Assembly (NCBI GenBank): GCA_041499035.1
Contig: JBGQJK010000001.1
Location: forward strand, 12,314 to 76,313
Source: Patescibacteria group bacterium
GTDB lineage: Bacteria; Patescibacteriota; Microgenomatia; UBA8517
Reading direction: 5' to 3'
Length of the DNA stretch: 64,000 bases
Part shown: piece by piece, positions 30,275 through 40,113 of the stretch
Numbering within the stretch: the stretch's first letter is position 1
How the letters are laid out: each line of letters starts with the position of its first letter
Made by a program: the position numbers and the translations under genes
Notes under the pieces: generated by a model
Databases searched by the model: none
Told to the model about the DNA's origin: nothing
What the model saw: only the letters and a program-made list of their open reading frames with translations

Positions 30275-31497
30275 TAGTATTTAAAAGAATGGATACATTG
30301 GTTCTACGCAGTAAACTAAATCTCTTTTTTTCTTTTTTTAAAAGGAAAAAAGTGGCGGTTCCTATTATTTCTACTATTCTCACGATAGCAGTTGTTGTCA
30401 CGGGCGTTGCCTATATCCGCCAAAGGCAGGGACTCACTAAAGTTGGCGCGGCGGGTGTTGCTCTTCAGCTTCTTACAGCAAGTTCTACGGTAACTAAAGG
30501 TTCCGAGTTTAATGTTAATGTCTACATTGATACAAAAGGATTGGCCGTTACGGGTACACACTTAAGTGTTAAGTATGATCCGAATTTACTGCTTGGAGAA
30601 ACAATGACGGCAGGAACGGCTTTGCCGGTTGTATTTATTCCCGGACAAGTTTCCGCAGGCTCCGCAACCATTGATTTAGGTAGTACTCCCGCGGCTCCAC
30701 TTAACGGAACAGGAATCTTGGCAACAGTAAAGTTTAAAGTTTTAGGGCAGGGGACAACTACTGCCGTTTCAATGGATTCTTCAACCGGCGTTGCCGCTTT
30801 GGGACAGTCGGGTAACGTTGCGGGAACTCTACCTACTCTTAACCTGACGATTGCCGGTTTATCAACGCCCACGTCGACTCCGACCGCTACACCAACCCAC
30901 TCTCCTACGCCGACACCTTCCAAAACTCCTTCTCCCACACCAACCCCTACTAAAACTCCCACGCCTACGCCAACAAAAAGCCCATCGCCTACACCCACAC
31001 CGTCGAAAACACCAACACCTACTCCCAAACCGACGCCTACACCTAAACCAACTCCCACTCCTACCCCGGTGGCTCAGTGCAACAGTACTTGTACAACCAA
31101 TAGTAATTGTCCGTCAAACTTAATCTGCTCAGCAGGCAAGTGTAGAAATGCTGCCTGTACTGCTACGTTAAACTGTATTTGTGCTACGCCCACTCCCACA
31201 CCGAGTCCGACACCAACACCCACCCCCACGCCTACTCCGACACATTCTCCTACGCCTACACCATCACCCTCTCATTCCCCGGGAGCCTCGCCAACTGCCA
31301 GTCCATCTCCTTCAGGTATTGCTAAAGCGGGTGATGTTAACGGCGATGGCTTAGTTAACATTATCGATATAGGCATAATTATAGATAACTACGGGAAAAC
31401 TCCAGCAACAAGCAGCAACCCCAAAGCCGATATAAACGGCGACGGAATTATTAATATAGTTGATATCGGGGTAGTGGTAGATAACTACGGGAAGTAA
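30271..31497 (+). CDS. Cohesin + PT linkers + Cys-rich module + dockerin (class A); scaffoldin/adaptor-like
   Basis: N-terminal TM; GSEFNVNVYID..VKYDPNLL..GTGILATVKFKV (cohesin-like); GDVNGDGLVNIIDIG duplicated. Confidence 0.8.
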   Translation: MIVFKRMDTLVLRSKLNLFFSFFKRKKVAVPIISTILTIAVVVTGVAYIRQRQGLTKVGAAGVALQLLTASSTVTKGSEFNVNVYIDTKGLAVTGTHLSVKYDPNLLLGETMTAGTALPVVFIPGQVSAGSATIDLGSTPAAPLNGTGILATVKFKVLGQGTTTAVSMDSSTGVAALGQSGNVAGTLPTLNLTIAGLSTPTSTPTATPTHSPTPTPSKTPSPTPTPTKTPTPTPTKSPSPTPTPSKTPTPTPKPTPTPKPTPTPTPVAQCNSTCTTNSNCPSNLICSAGKCRNAACTATLNCICATPTPTPSPTPTPTPTPTPTHSPTPTPSPSHSPGASPTASPSPSGIAKAGDVNGDGLVNIIDIGIIIDNYGKTPATSSNPKADINGDGIINIVDIGVVVDNYGK

Positions 31498-31505
31498 ACT
31501 TACAA

Positions 31506-31784
31506 TTATTTTGAAGTCCTCTGTTCTTGAACTCTGATAGTAATCTTACCAGTTGGTTGACCAGGAACCAGTAATGGGCAATAAAATGTATAGTACACCC
31601 CAGTGTGCTCTTGACTTCTGAAAAGACCTTCGTGTGCTGGATTGACCTTGGCTTTTGTAGCCAGAGCGTTTAGATCGATTGGCTCAGGCACGGTTTGGAC
31701 CAGCGATTTGAAAACATCCAAGTTACAGTTTCCAGGACATCCGGCACAGCGAGCAATATCTGCGACTAGTTCTGTAATAGCCAT
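31506..31784 (-). CDS. Small 4-Cys hypothetical protein
   Basis: CAGCPGNC...C; -10-like GGTATAAAT upstream. Confidence 0.55.
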   Translation of the reverse strand: MAITELVADIARCAGCPGNCNLDVFKSLVQTVPEPIDLNALATKAKVNPAHEGLFRSQEHTGVYYTFYCPLLVPGQPTGKITIRVQEQRTSK

Positions 31785-31882
31785 AGGTCGTATTTATACC
31801 ACTTCCGTGCCTGTTAGTCAATTTTATAGTGTGGGAAAGAGTCATCTTGCCAAGCGGGGAGTGGCAGTTTAAACTACTAAAC

Positions 31883-33367
31883 ATGCAAAACTGGCTATTT
31901 AAGAATAAGACTATTCTTTCGATTCTCGATAAATATAAAGATATGTGGGCTCTAAGCTACGCCTCAGGAGTGGCCGGTTGGGATTTGGAGACATATATGC
32001 CAGAGATGGGCGCCATGGCCCGTGGTGAGGCACTAGGGAGGCTCTCAACTATCCGCCAGAGGCTCTTCTTGGACAAGGAGTTTATCGGTTTAATTCACCG
32101 GGCGGAAAAACAAAAAAATCTTACTGATCCAGAGCGCGGAGTCATCCGAGTTTTGCTTCACTCGCTCAAGTTCTACGAAAAGCTTCCACCCAAGTTTTTG
32201 GAGGATTTCAGCCGGCTTACAAGTCAGGCAACTGTAGTCTGGCGTGGGGCAAAAGCTAAAGACAACTTTAAACTCTTCGAGCCTCAGCTTTCAAAGATTT
32301 TTGATATGAATCGGCGAATGTCGGACTTCCTGGGCTACAAAGATTCACCATACGATGCGCTTCTCGATCAATTCGAGGAGGGCTTAACAAGCAGGGAAGT
32401 CGAACGCTTCTTTGGAGAAATAAAAGAACCACTTAAGAATCTACTTGTAAGAATCGAAAAGTCACCCAAGTTTTTCAAAAAACACAAACTGGAAAACGCT
32501 CTTTACGATGAAGCAACTATCAAGAGCTTAAATCTTAAAATAATGAAGCTCCTTTGGGCAGACTCCAGTCGTCTCCGGCTGGACATTTCAACTCATCCCT
32601 TCACCACCTCCTTTTCTAATACGGATACCCGTATAACTACATGGTATCACAAGAAGGATTTCGGTCGAAGCATACTGGCCGTGGTACACGAATTTGGTCA
32701 CGCTTTGTATGATTTGCAGTGTACAGATCAACTTGAGATGACTCCTATTCAAGGGGGGTCCTCCTTGGTGATACATGAGTCGCAAAGTAGGTTCTGGGAA
32801 AATTTTGTGGGCAGAAGCGAAAGCTTCATCCAATATTTCCTTAAAGACATGAGCGCTGCGGTACAACTTAAACTTTCCGCTGGCGAAGTCTACTCCTATT
32901 TCAATAAGGTCAGGCCCGGGCTCCTTAGAGTCGAGGCCGACGAGGTTACATACCACTTCCATATTATGCTCAGATTTGAAATCGAAAAAGGCTTAATCGA
33001 GGGTAAACTTAAAGTAAAAGACTTGCCGGAAATTTGGAATTCAAAAATGAAAGATTACCTGGGAATTGTACCAAAGCGCGATTCTGATGGGATCTTGCAG
33101 GATATTCATTGGAGCATGGGGAGCGTCGGCTACTTTCCGACATATTCGCTTGGAACTTTTCTCGGCGCGCAGTGGGAACATGAAATCTCAAATATGAAAA
33201 TAAGCAAATCTACAAATTACAAAGAAATAGAAAAATGGCTGGGGGAACATATTCATAAGTACGGATCTACCTACACACTCGAGGAGCTATTGAAGAAAAA
33301 TGGAATGAAGTTCGATCCCAAAGTGAATCTGAATTATCTCCTGGAAAAATACTCCAAGATATATTAA
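31883..33367 (+). CDS. M32 family carboxypeptidase
   Basis: HPF, HEFGHALY, HESQSRFWEN, RVEADE, QDIHW..GYFPTY; ATG 31883. Confidence 0.95.
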   Translation: MQNWLFKNKTILSILDKYKDMWALSYASGVAGWDLETYMPEMGAMARGEALGRLSTIRQRLFLDKEFIGLIHRAEKQKNLTDPERGVIRVLLHSLKFYEKLPPKFLEDFSRLTSQATVVWRGAKAKDNFKLFEPQLSKIFDMNRRMSDFLGYKDSPYDALLDQFEEGLTSREVERFFGEIKEPLKNLLVRIEKSPKFFKKHKLENALYDEATIKSLNLKIMKLLWADSSRLRLDISTHPFTTSFSNTDTRITTWYHKKDFGRSILAVVHEFGHALYDLQCTDQLEMTPIQGGSSLVIHESQSRFWENFVGRSESFIQYFLKDMSAAVQLKLSAGEVYSYFNKVRPGLLRVEADEVTYHFHIMLRFEIEKGLIEGKLKVKDLPEIWNSKMKDYLGIVPKRDSDGILQDIHWSMGSVGYFPTYSLGTFLGAQWEHEISNMKISKSTNYKEIEKWLGEHIHKYGSTYTLEELLKKNGMKFDPKVNLNYLLEKYSKIY

Positions 33368-33467
33368 TTTTTGCTTTTTTATTTACAAAATGGGGCTTGA
33401 CACACTTGTAGTACTTTGATATTTTCTGATTAAGAAAGATAAGTGATAGGCAGGGGAGTACATCAAA

Positions 33468-33686
33468 ATGGAACCAACTACTAAAAAGAAAGTCAGATTA
33501 GAAAATCTTCCGGACCTTCTTACAGTCCGTGAAGTTGCAGATATTTTAAGAGTCTCTCCTTTAACAATTAAACGGTGGGGCAAGCGCGGCAAGCTGCCCG
33601 CAATTCGCATTAACTCACGTGGCGACCGCAGATATAAAAAAGAAGCGGTCCTCTGGCTTCTCGGGATGCAGGGTAAGGAAGAATAA
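33468..33686 (+). CDS. MerR/excisionase (BldC-like) HTH DNA-binding protein
   Basis: LLTVREVADILRVSPLTIKRW..G.L.AIR..RGDRRY. Confidence 0.9.
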   Translation: MEPTTKKKVRLENLPDLLTVREVADILRVSPLTIKRWGKRGKLPAIRINSRGDRRYKKEAVLWLLGMQGKEE

Positions 33687-33689
33687 TAC

Positions 33690-33980
33690 ATGGGTATTAG
33701 AGTTGAAGGAGATCTTACCTCAGAGGGAGTTGCGCTTCGAGTACTTAGCCCCACACCTCAACTAAAACTAATTTCAAAAGATGCAGAGGCCGGACTAATT
33801 TTTAATATTATTACTGAAACTTGTTCACGTTGTGAACTTTTTCAAAAAGACTGTAACGGTGCGGGATCGGTTTCAGAGGGCGGCAATAATATTGTTTTGG
33901 AAAAGGGCACAAAAGAACCGGTTAAGAGAAGGAACTGTAGAATTCCCGGCAGAAGCTTTGAGACTTTAGTAGATTCATAG
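33690..33980 (+). CDS. Small 4-Cys hypothetical protein
   Basis: CSRC..C...C; follows the HTH gene. Confidence 0.55.
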   Translation: MGIRVEGDLTSEGVALRVLSPTPQLKLISKDAEAGLIFNIITETCSRCELFQKDCNGAGSVSEGGNNIVLEKGTKEPVKRRNCRIPGRSFETLVDS

Positions 33981-34027
33981 GTTAGAATCCACTTGACACA
34001 CTCACCGGCAAAAGCTTAAATGTATGC

Positions 34028-34486
34028 ATGGTAGCTAGAGTTTTTGTCAAAAGGGGATTTGGTTTAATGTATCTTTCTATGGCGGTTTTAATGCTTCTTG
34101 TGGGCGCTTTTTTTGTTGTGAACGGAAATTTTAGTATTAACGCAGGTGCGCATTTTTTGAATTCAAAAAGGGGAATTTTGAGGAAAGACTTAAATCATAA
34201 TTATCCCTGCAACAGAGGAGTAAAGGCTGATTACGTAATCCAGGATCCGGCGAATGCTCAAAATTGTACTCCGGTAATTGCAAACCCAAGCGACGCGGAA
34301 AAGACAGTTGGTCATAATGTTCAGTTGAATGGAGTTGAGTTTGGAGGAAGATTTTTTACGACAGGTGTTACAACCATTCCTGATTCAGGAGTTTTGCCCA
34401 GTTCGCCTCCAACCTATCTTAAACCGTTTCATACTCCGGGCCCAACGGGTGGTTGGACGGGACCCGCAACGAGGAATCTTTATTAA
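34028..34486 (+). CDS. Membrane-anchored hypothetical protein
   Basis: N-terminal TM; TTGACA promoter upstream. Confidence 0.65.
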   Translation: MVARVFVKRGFGLMYLSMAVLMLLVGAFFVVNGNFSINAGAHFLNSKRGILRKDLNHNYPCNRGVKADYVIQDPANAQNCTPVIANPSDAEKTVGHNVQLNGVEFGGRFFTTGVTTIPDSGVLPSSPPTYLKPFHTPGPTGGWTGPATRNLY

Positions 34487-36213
34487 TCCAGTTTAATTTG
34501 TAGATTCCAGAAGTGGGAATAGAGGCTGTTCTTGTTCTTGAGCAAGCTCTCGTGAGTACCGACCTCTTTGATCTTACCGTATTCCATGACAACGATCTTA
34601 TCTGCTCTCATAACGGTAGATAAGCGGTGGGCGATAATAATAGTAGTTTTGCCCCTCCTGGCCTTCCAGAATGCATCCTGAATGAGCTTTTCGCTCTCGG
34701 AGTCCAAGTGGCTGGTTGCTTCATCAAAGACCACAATGTTGGGGTCGCTTAGTATCATCCTGGCGATTGCCAACCTTTGCTTCTGGCCTCCGGAAAGCTT
34801 GACCCCGCGTTCACCAACCTCTGTATTATATTTTTCTTTTAATCCCTCTATAAATTTATCGATATTGGCAAGGCGTGAGGCTGCTTTGATTTCGCTCAAA
34901 GTGGGGCTGTCTTTACCGTAGCCAATATTGTAGGCTATCGTGTTGTTGAACAGTATCGGTTCCTGGGGAACCACACCGACAAAACCCCGGAGTGTGCTCT
35001 TTGTAAAATCTTTAATGTTTATAGAGTCGACTGTAATTTCACCCGAGTCTATGTCATAAAATCTCATCAAAAGCTTTGCCAGAGTGGTTTTACCTGATCC
35101 ACTTCTCCCTACCAATGCTACAGACTCTCCCTGGTTAATTTTCAAACTAATACCGTTAATTGCATTTTTAGTCCGGCCGTTATAAGTAAAATGGACGTTA
35201 CTAAAGTTAATTTTGCCGTAAACATGGTCTATTTTGATAGGTTTTGCAGGATCTTTTACCTCAACTGAATAATCAAATAAGCCGATGTATTTTTGAATGT
35301 CGGAATAGCTCCTGGCGAAGTCCCTTAGACTCCAAACCACATCCCAAAGCCTGGGGAAAATGGTTGCTACAAATGCGGTGACCAGGACAAAATCGCCAAC
35401 GCTCATTTTAAGAGAGACTGTTGAATTGATGCTAAAAAGAAGCATTGCAAAGATTCCCAAATTTATTATTCCGCCGATAGTAAGATTAATTATTCTGTAG
35501 CTGTTTACAAATGTCCAAAGTTTGCTTTTCCAGGGGACAAAGGCTTGGCCCAGCCTGCCCAACTCCCATCTTTCTCTGGCAAACAGCTTGACTGTTTCAT
35601 AGTTAATAAGGTTATCTGTAATTACGTCAGTGACTTTATCCTCCTCGTCATTAAATGCGTTCCTTTTGGCGATATTATTTTCCAGAAGAAATTTTGTAGC
35701 AATAAGGGTTAGGATAATCGAAACAAGCACGATTAGGGCGATTATTGGGTCCAGTTGTGAAAAGAAGTACATCATCACGCCAAAGCTGACCAAAACGCTT
35801 AAAATTCTATGGTGGATAATGAACGAAAAATCAAAAAAGGCATTATCGCCACGCTTGAAAGCTGAAATCAGGGAACCGGTACTCTTATTTGAGTGGAAAA
35901 TAAAATCGAGATCCTGGACCCAGGAGAAAACCTCCGTTCTTAGTTTTGCTGCTCCCTCTATAAGCACATTATTTCCGGCCCAAAAAGCGAATTCATTAAG
36001 GACCAAACTTAATAGAGCAACCCCTATGTAGCTGATAAGTATTTGGAAGAGCCGGTCGTAGTTTTGTGCCGGAATAGCCTCAACAAAAAGTTTGTAAAAG
36101 TAGGGCGTGAGGCTCCCCAGGGCACTTGAGATGATAATCAGCAAAATATAGCCCGTGTATGCGAGGCGTTTTTCTGCTATAAACCTAAAGAACATTTTGA
36201 ATGTTTTATACAT
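34483..36213 (-). CDS. ABC exporter, fused permease/ATPase
   Basis: GRSGSGKT, LSGGQKQR, FDEATSHLD, IAHRLST; multiple TM helices. Confidence 0.95.
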   Translation of the reverse strand: MYKTFKMFFRFIAEKRLAYTGYILLIIISSALGSLTPYFYKLFVEAIPAQNYDRLFQILISYIGVALLSLVLNEFAFWAGNNVLIEGAAKLRTEVFSWVQDLDFIFHSNKSTGSLISAFKRGDNAFFDFSFIIHHRILSVLVSFGVMMYFFSQLDPIIALIVLVSIILTLIATKFLLENNIAKRNAFNDEEDKVTDVITDNLINYETVKLFARERWELGRLGQAFVPWKSKLWTFVNSYRIINLTIGGIINLGIFAMLLFSINSTVSLKMSVGDFVLVTAFVATIFPRLWDVVWSLRDFARSYSDIQKYIGLFDYSVEVKDPAKPIKIDHVYGKINFSNVHFTYNGRTKNAINGISLKINQGESVALVGRSGSGKTTLAKLLMRFYDIDSGEITVDSINIKDFTKSTLRGFVGVVPQEPILFNNTIAYNIGYGKDSPTLSEIKAASRLANIDKFIEGLKEKYNTEVGERGVKLSGGQKQRLAIARMILSDPNIVVFDEATSHLDSESEKLIQDAFWKARRGKTTIIIAHRLSTVMRADKIVVMEYGKIKEVGTHESLLKNKNSLYSHFWNLQIKLD

Positions 36214-36302
36214 TTTTTGGACGCCTAAAATCCCCCGTGGGGGAAATAGTGCGGCGAGACTAAATTGTATGCTATAATGCAGACACTTTCAACTAATTTT
36301 CC

Positions 36303-37199
36303 ATGCGAAAAGTAACCTTTTTGATATTTTTAGTGGTTTTGAGCCTGAATCTGGCTCTTCCTAGCCGTGCTCTGGCCAGAGCTATTCCGACAATCAGTCC
36401 GTCCCCGGAGGCCAGCGCCAGCGCTACACCCGTAGCTACGGTAGCCCCCACGCCTGTTCCCGACATCACTCAAAAGACTCAGGAAACGCTGGGCCCGCTT
36501 GAACAGCTTCTTAAATCTCAAAACTTGGCCTCGGTTTGGCCATATAATCCGATTAAATATGCTATCCGCGGGGCGGTTGCCGCGGGGGTGCCTGCCAACA
36601 CAATAGTCCTTCTGCTCCTACTCCCAATCATGACTTTTGTTATTGCGTTCAGCCGGAATGTGGTCGGGATCAGGGGCTTTGGAATTTTCCTGCCGGCTGC
36701 CTTATCTGTCGTATTTGTGGCTACCGGGCCAATTGTCGGAATAGGGCTTTTCCTTATTATCGTTGCGGTTTCAACATTTCTCAGGCTGGTTCTTAGAAAA
36801 CTTAAGATTAAGCTCCAGTACTTGCCCAGAATGGCATTTATTCTTTGGGGAGTGGTTATAGGCGTACTTGGTGCGTTATTCCTGGCTTCATACTTACGAT
36901 TTACAGAGCTTAGTAATGTTTCCATTTTCGCGGTTCTTATCCTTGTTCTTCTTTCGGAAGACTTTACTAGGGTGCAACTTGGTAAAAGCGCCAAAACGGC
37001 GGTAAACCTGACATTCGAGACTTTACTACTTTCCCTTATTTCTTACTTCTTTTTGACGCTTAAGCCATTGCAGGAGTATGTGCTTCTTAACCCGGAAATC
37101 TCCCTTATTGGCGTTGCCGCGCTCGATCTACTTTTAGGTAAATATACGGGACTCAGGATCATGGAGTTTTACCGTTTCAGAAAACTAATAAATTCATGA
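36303..37199 (+). CDS. 7TM-domain membrane protein typical of ATP-grasp operons
   Basis: RNVVGIRGFGIFLP, LPRMA, GKYTGLRIMEFYRF. Confidence 0.8.
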   Translation: MRKVTFLIFLVVLSLNLALPSRALARAIPTISPSPEASASATPVATVAPTPVPDITQKTQETLGPLEQLLKSQNLASVWPYNPIKYAIRGAVAAGVPANTIVLLLLLPIMTFVIAFSRNVVGIRGFGIFLPAALSVVFVATGPIVGIGLFLIIVAVSTFLRLVLRKLKIKLQYLPRMAFILWGVVIGVLGALFLASYLRFTELSNVSIFAVLILVLLSEDFTRVQLGKSAKTAVNLTFETLLLSLISYFFLTLKPLQEYVLLNPEISLIGVAALDLLLGKYTGLRIMEFYRFRKLINS

Positions 37200-37204
37200 G
37201 GCAG

Positions 37205-37305
37205 ATTTACCATTTTTCATTTTCCACTTTCCATTTATTTTCTAATTTCCAATTGACAAATTACAAATAGATGGCAGATGACAGATTGAAAATCGAAAAT
37301 TAAAT
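37205..37305. repeat. Intergenic inverted array of degenerate heptamers
   Basis: cattttt/cattttc/cactttc/aatttcc followed by complementary gacagat/tgaaaat/cgaaaat. Confidence 0.65.
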
Positions 37306-38622
37306 ATGAAGCTATCCTCAATTTTAGGATTAAATGCCCGGTCACAACTTTTTGCATACCGTTACAACAGTAGGCGCGGTAAAAACATTGCCGATTCAAA
37401 AATCCAGACAGCGGGGGTTCTGAAACGCGCGGGTGTAGCCACCCCAAAAATTTATAAGAAGTTTAGAGATCCAAACGATGTTACAACTTTTGACTGGAAC
37501 AGCCTGCCCGACAGGTTTGCTCTTAAACCGAGTAGAGGTTTGGGCGGGGAGGGAATCGTAGTTGTTAAAAAGAAGCTTAAAGATGGAGGCTGGCTTACAA
37601 CTCAGAAGGAACGTCTTACAGCAAGCGATCTGAAATTGCATAGCCTGGACACTCTGGAAGGCGCTTACTCAATGGGTAATATTCCGGATGTAGCATTTGT
37701 TCAGGAGTATGTTGGACGCCACCCCGTTTTTAGACGCTGGGCTTACCGCGGTACACCCGATATCCGTGTTATCATTTTCAATAAAGTTCCGGTAATGGCG
37801 ATGCTTAGGTTGCCCACAAAAGAGAGCGGCGGCAGGGCTAACCTGCACCAGGGAGCGGTCGGAGTAGGTGTTGATATAGCCACGGGGATAACCACAAAGG
37901 CGATTTGGCACGGGGACCAAATTGTATTCAAACCGGGGACAACCAGGAAACTCCGGGGAATAAAAATACCCGATTGGAATCAAATACTCGTTACCGCGGT
38001 TAACGCCCAAATAGCTTCACACCTCGGGTATATCGGGGTTGACATTGTTCTTCATCCGGAAAAAGGCCCCATGGTTCTTGAAATGAATGCCCAGCCGGGT
38101 CTTCAAATTCAGCTAGCAAATATGGAGGGCCTTAAGAGGAGGTTGGATAGAATTGATGAGTTGGAAGTTCGGGATGCAGAGCACGGAGTTAAAATTGCCA
38201 AAGCCCTTTTTGCCGGCCGTTTTGCGGATAGGGCGGCTGTTGAGGAAGGAATCAAAACAGTTAAGTCAGTGGAGGAAGTAAAAGTTTTATCCTCCGATTT
38301 AAATAGGGTTCCGGTACTTGCCAAAATAGACACCGGAGCTTGGTCTTCGGCAATTGATAAAAAGTTTGCCAAGGAGCTGGGAATTTTAAATAAAGACAAA
38401 GTCCTTTGGTATAAAAGAAAACTAAGCGCTTTGGGGGAAGAAGACCGACCGGTTATTCCTGTGACCTTCTGGCTTGCGGGTAGGAAAATTAAAACTGACA
38501 TGACTGTGGCTGACAGGAAACTCCTAAGGTATCAAATCCTGATCGGTAGGGTTGACCTGCAAGGCTTTTTAGTCAGCCCGGAAATAGACAAAGATAATTT
38601 GCGCGAGGCCAAGTGGAAATAG
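37306..38622 (+). CDS. Alpha-L-glutamate-ligase-like ATP-grasp fused to RimK-associated aspartic protease domain
   Basis: ILGLNAR, KPSRGLGGEGI, AMLRLPTKESGGRANLHQG, LEMNAQPGL; AKIDTGA, ILIGR. Confidence 0.88.
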   Translation: MKLSSILGLNARSQLFAYRYNSRRGKNIADSKIQTAGVLKRAGVATPKIYKKFRDPNDVTTFDWNSLPDRFALKPSRGLGGEGIVVVKKKLKDGGWLTTQKERLTASDLKLHSLDTLEGAYSMGNIPDVAFVQEYVGRHPVFRRWAYRGTPDIRVIIFNKVPVMAMLRLPTKESGGRANLHQGAVGVGVDIATGITTKAIWHGDQIVFKPGTTRKLRGIKIPDWNQILVTAVNAQIASHLGYIGVDIVLHPEKGPMVLEMNAQPGLQIQLANMEGLKRRLDRIDELEVRDAEHGVKIAKALFAGRFADRAAVEEGIKTVKSVEEVKVLSSDLNRVPVLAKIDTGAWSSAIDKKFAKELGILNKDKVLWYKRKLSALGEEDRPVIPVTFWLAGRKIKTDMTVADRKLLRYQILIGRVDLQGFLVSPEIDKDNLREAKWK

Positions 38623-38624
38623 TC

Positions 38625-39515
38625 GTGAAAAAAATATTGATTTTAACCAGTGGAAAAAAGAGCAAGCTCAGAGCTTTTAAATTGTCTCAACGCGACTTAA
38701 GTTTGGACCTGACAACGGCATCATTTAATGATGTCTATTTTGATTCGGGAAACCGTGAAGTATTTCTTAAAGGGAGAACGAATTTAAAAGCTTTTAATGT
38801 AATTTACTTCCGTTTGGTCGGGAAGTCGCTTGAAACGGCTGCGTTAGTTGCCGAGTATGCCAAGAGAAATAGAATACAAATTGTAGACAAAGTATATACT
38901 AAATCCCAAGTATTCCCCGTAACTCAGAGCAAGACTCAGGAAATGAAATCGTTATCAGATGCCAAAATCCCGATTCCCAAAACGTTCTTCGGGTCTCTGA
39001 CCCAAATTATCAAAAAATCTAAAGAAACCTTTGGATTTCCGTTTGTAATTAAAAGCACTTCGGGAAGCCGGGGACGCGAAGTATATAGTCCAAGGGACGG
39101 CGAAGAGCTTAAGAGTCTTGTTGGTATTCTTTCCAAGGAAGAAAAAGCCGGTAAAAAGTTTTTTGCTCAGGAATTTATCAATTGCACAAAAAGGGTTAGG
39201 GTACTCACCGTTGGAGGCAAAATAATGGGTTCGATTTCCCAGCTGACCAAATGGCGCAAGAGGGTTTCGGGTTACACGCCCCGGGAAGATGAAAAGAAGA
39301 TAGACAAGTTCTATCCTTCGAGTGACATGCAAAAGCTGGCTCTGTCTGCGGTCTCTGCCGTGGGGATCGATATTGCCGGGGTAGACATTTTAATTGACGA
39401 AAGAAGTGGCAGAAGTTTTGTCATTGAAGTTAACGCCGCCCCGAGTTGGAATTTAATTAAAAAATACTGCAAAGTTAATGTTGAATATGAAATCCTCAAA
39501 TTTATATCGAGATAA
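38625..39515 (+). CDS. RimK/LysX family ATP-grasp ligase
   Basis: PIPKT, FPFVIK..GSRGREV, QEFI, AGVD, IEVNAAP. Confidence 0.85.
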   Translation: MKKILILTSGKKSKLRAFKLSQRDLSLDLTTASFNDVYFDSGNREVFLKGRTNLKAFNVIYFRLVGKSLETAALVAEYAKRNRIQIVDKVYTKSQVFPVTQSKTQEMKSLSDAKIPIPKTFFGSLTQIIKKSKETFGFPFVIKSTSGSRGREVYSPRDGEELKSLVGILSKEEKAGKKFFAQEFINCTKRVRVLTVGGKIMGSISQLTKWRKRVSGYTPREDEKKIDKFYPSSDMQKLALSAVSAVGIDIAGVDILIDERSGRSFVIEVNAAPSWNLIKKYCKVNVEYEILKFISR

Positions 39516-40089
39516 ATTCAAAAAATTTGGAGTTTATCCAAAGTCCCTTCTTTGGAAAACCCGGGGCGCAGCACACCAAAGGTTTAGGCAGTTTTGGGCC
39601 GAGATTGTTTTTAATGGTAAAAAAGTGTTGGACGTGGGCTGCGGGTTCGGGGAGTTCGGCAAGTTTCTTCTCAAACGCTACAAGAATGTTGACTATACGG
39701 GAACCGATATAGTGCCGGAATTTATTGAAAACGCGAAGAAAGAAGTTCCGGGAGGGCATTTCTTTGTCGCCGATTTTATGAATGACCCCACTTCGCCAAG
39801 GCTTCGCGGGGCAAGCGTCGTAATCGTGTCCGGGGTCTTAAACTCTGATAAGGGAAGTCAAAATTTAAAGTTCAGGATGGCAGCAATCAAAAAAATGTTT
39901 ACCTTGACCTCGTATATATTGGCTTTCAACATGCTTGGGGGGCATCCTAAGCCGGCGAACAAGAAAGGCAGCAACGTTTGGTATTCAAATTCTCTTGAGA
40001 TTCTCAACTACTGCATGTCCCTAACACCTCGCGTTATTCTCCGTACCAATTATCATCCCAAAGACTTTACAATAATAATGTACAAATAA
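39487..40089 (+). CDS. Class I SAM-dependent methyltransferase
   Basis: VLDVGCGFG, YTGTDI, SGVLN. Confidence 0.88.
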   Translation: MKSSNLYRDKFKKFGVYPKSLLWKTRGAAHQRFRQFWAEIVFNGKKVLDVGCGFGEFGKFLLKRYKNVDYTGTDIVPEFIENAKKEVPGGHFFVADFMNDPTSPRLRGASVVIVSGVLNSDKGSQNLKFRMAAIKKMFTLTSYILAFNMLGGHPKPANKKGSNVWYSNSLEILNYCMSLTPRVILRTNYHPKDFTIIMYK

Positions 40090-40113
40090 GCGAAGCTTGA
40101 AACTTATGAAGTT

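Noticed and set aside
30522-31058. Antisense Gly-Val-rich ORF (also 20037-20303 and 48509-48745)
   Set aside because: Shadow frames of Pro-Thr linker codons
33468-33980. Excisionase-like gene as a prophage or ICE marker
   Set aside because: No integrase, att pair or phage genes nearby; looks like a stand-alone BldC-like regulator
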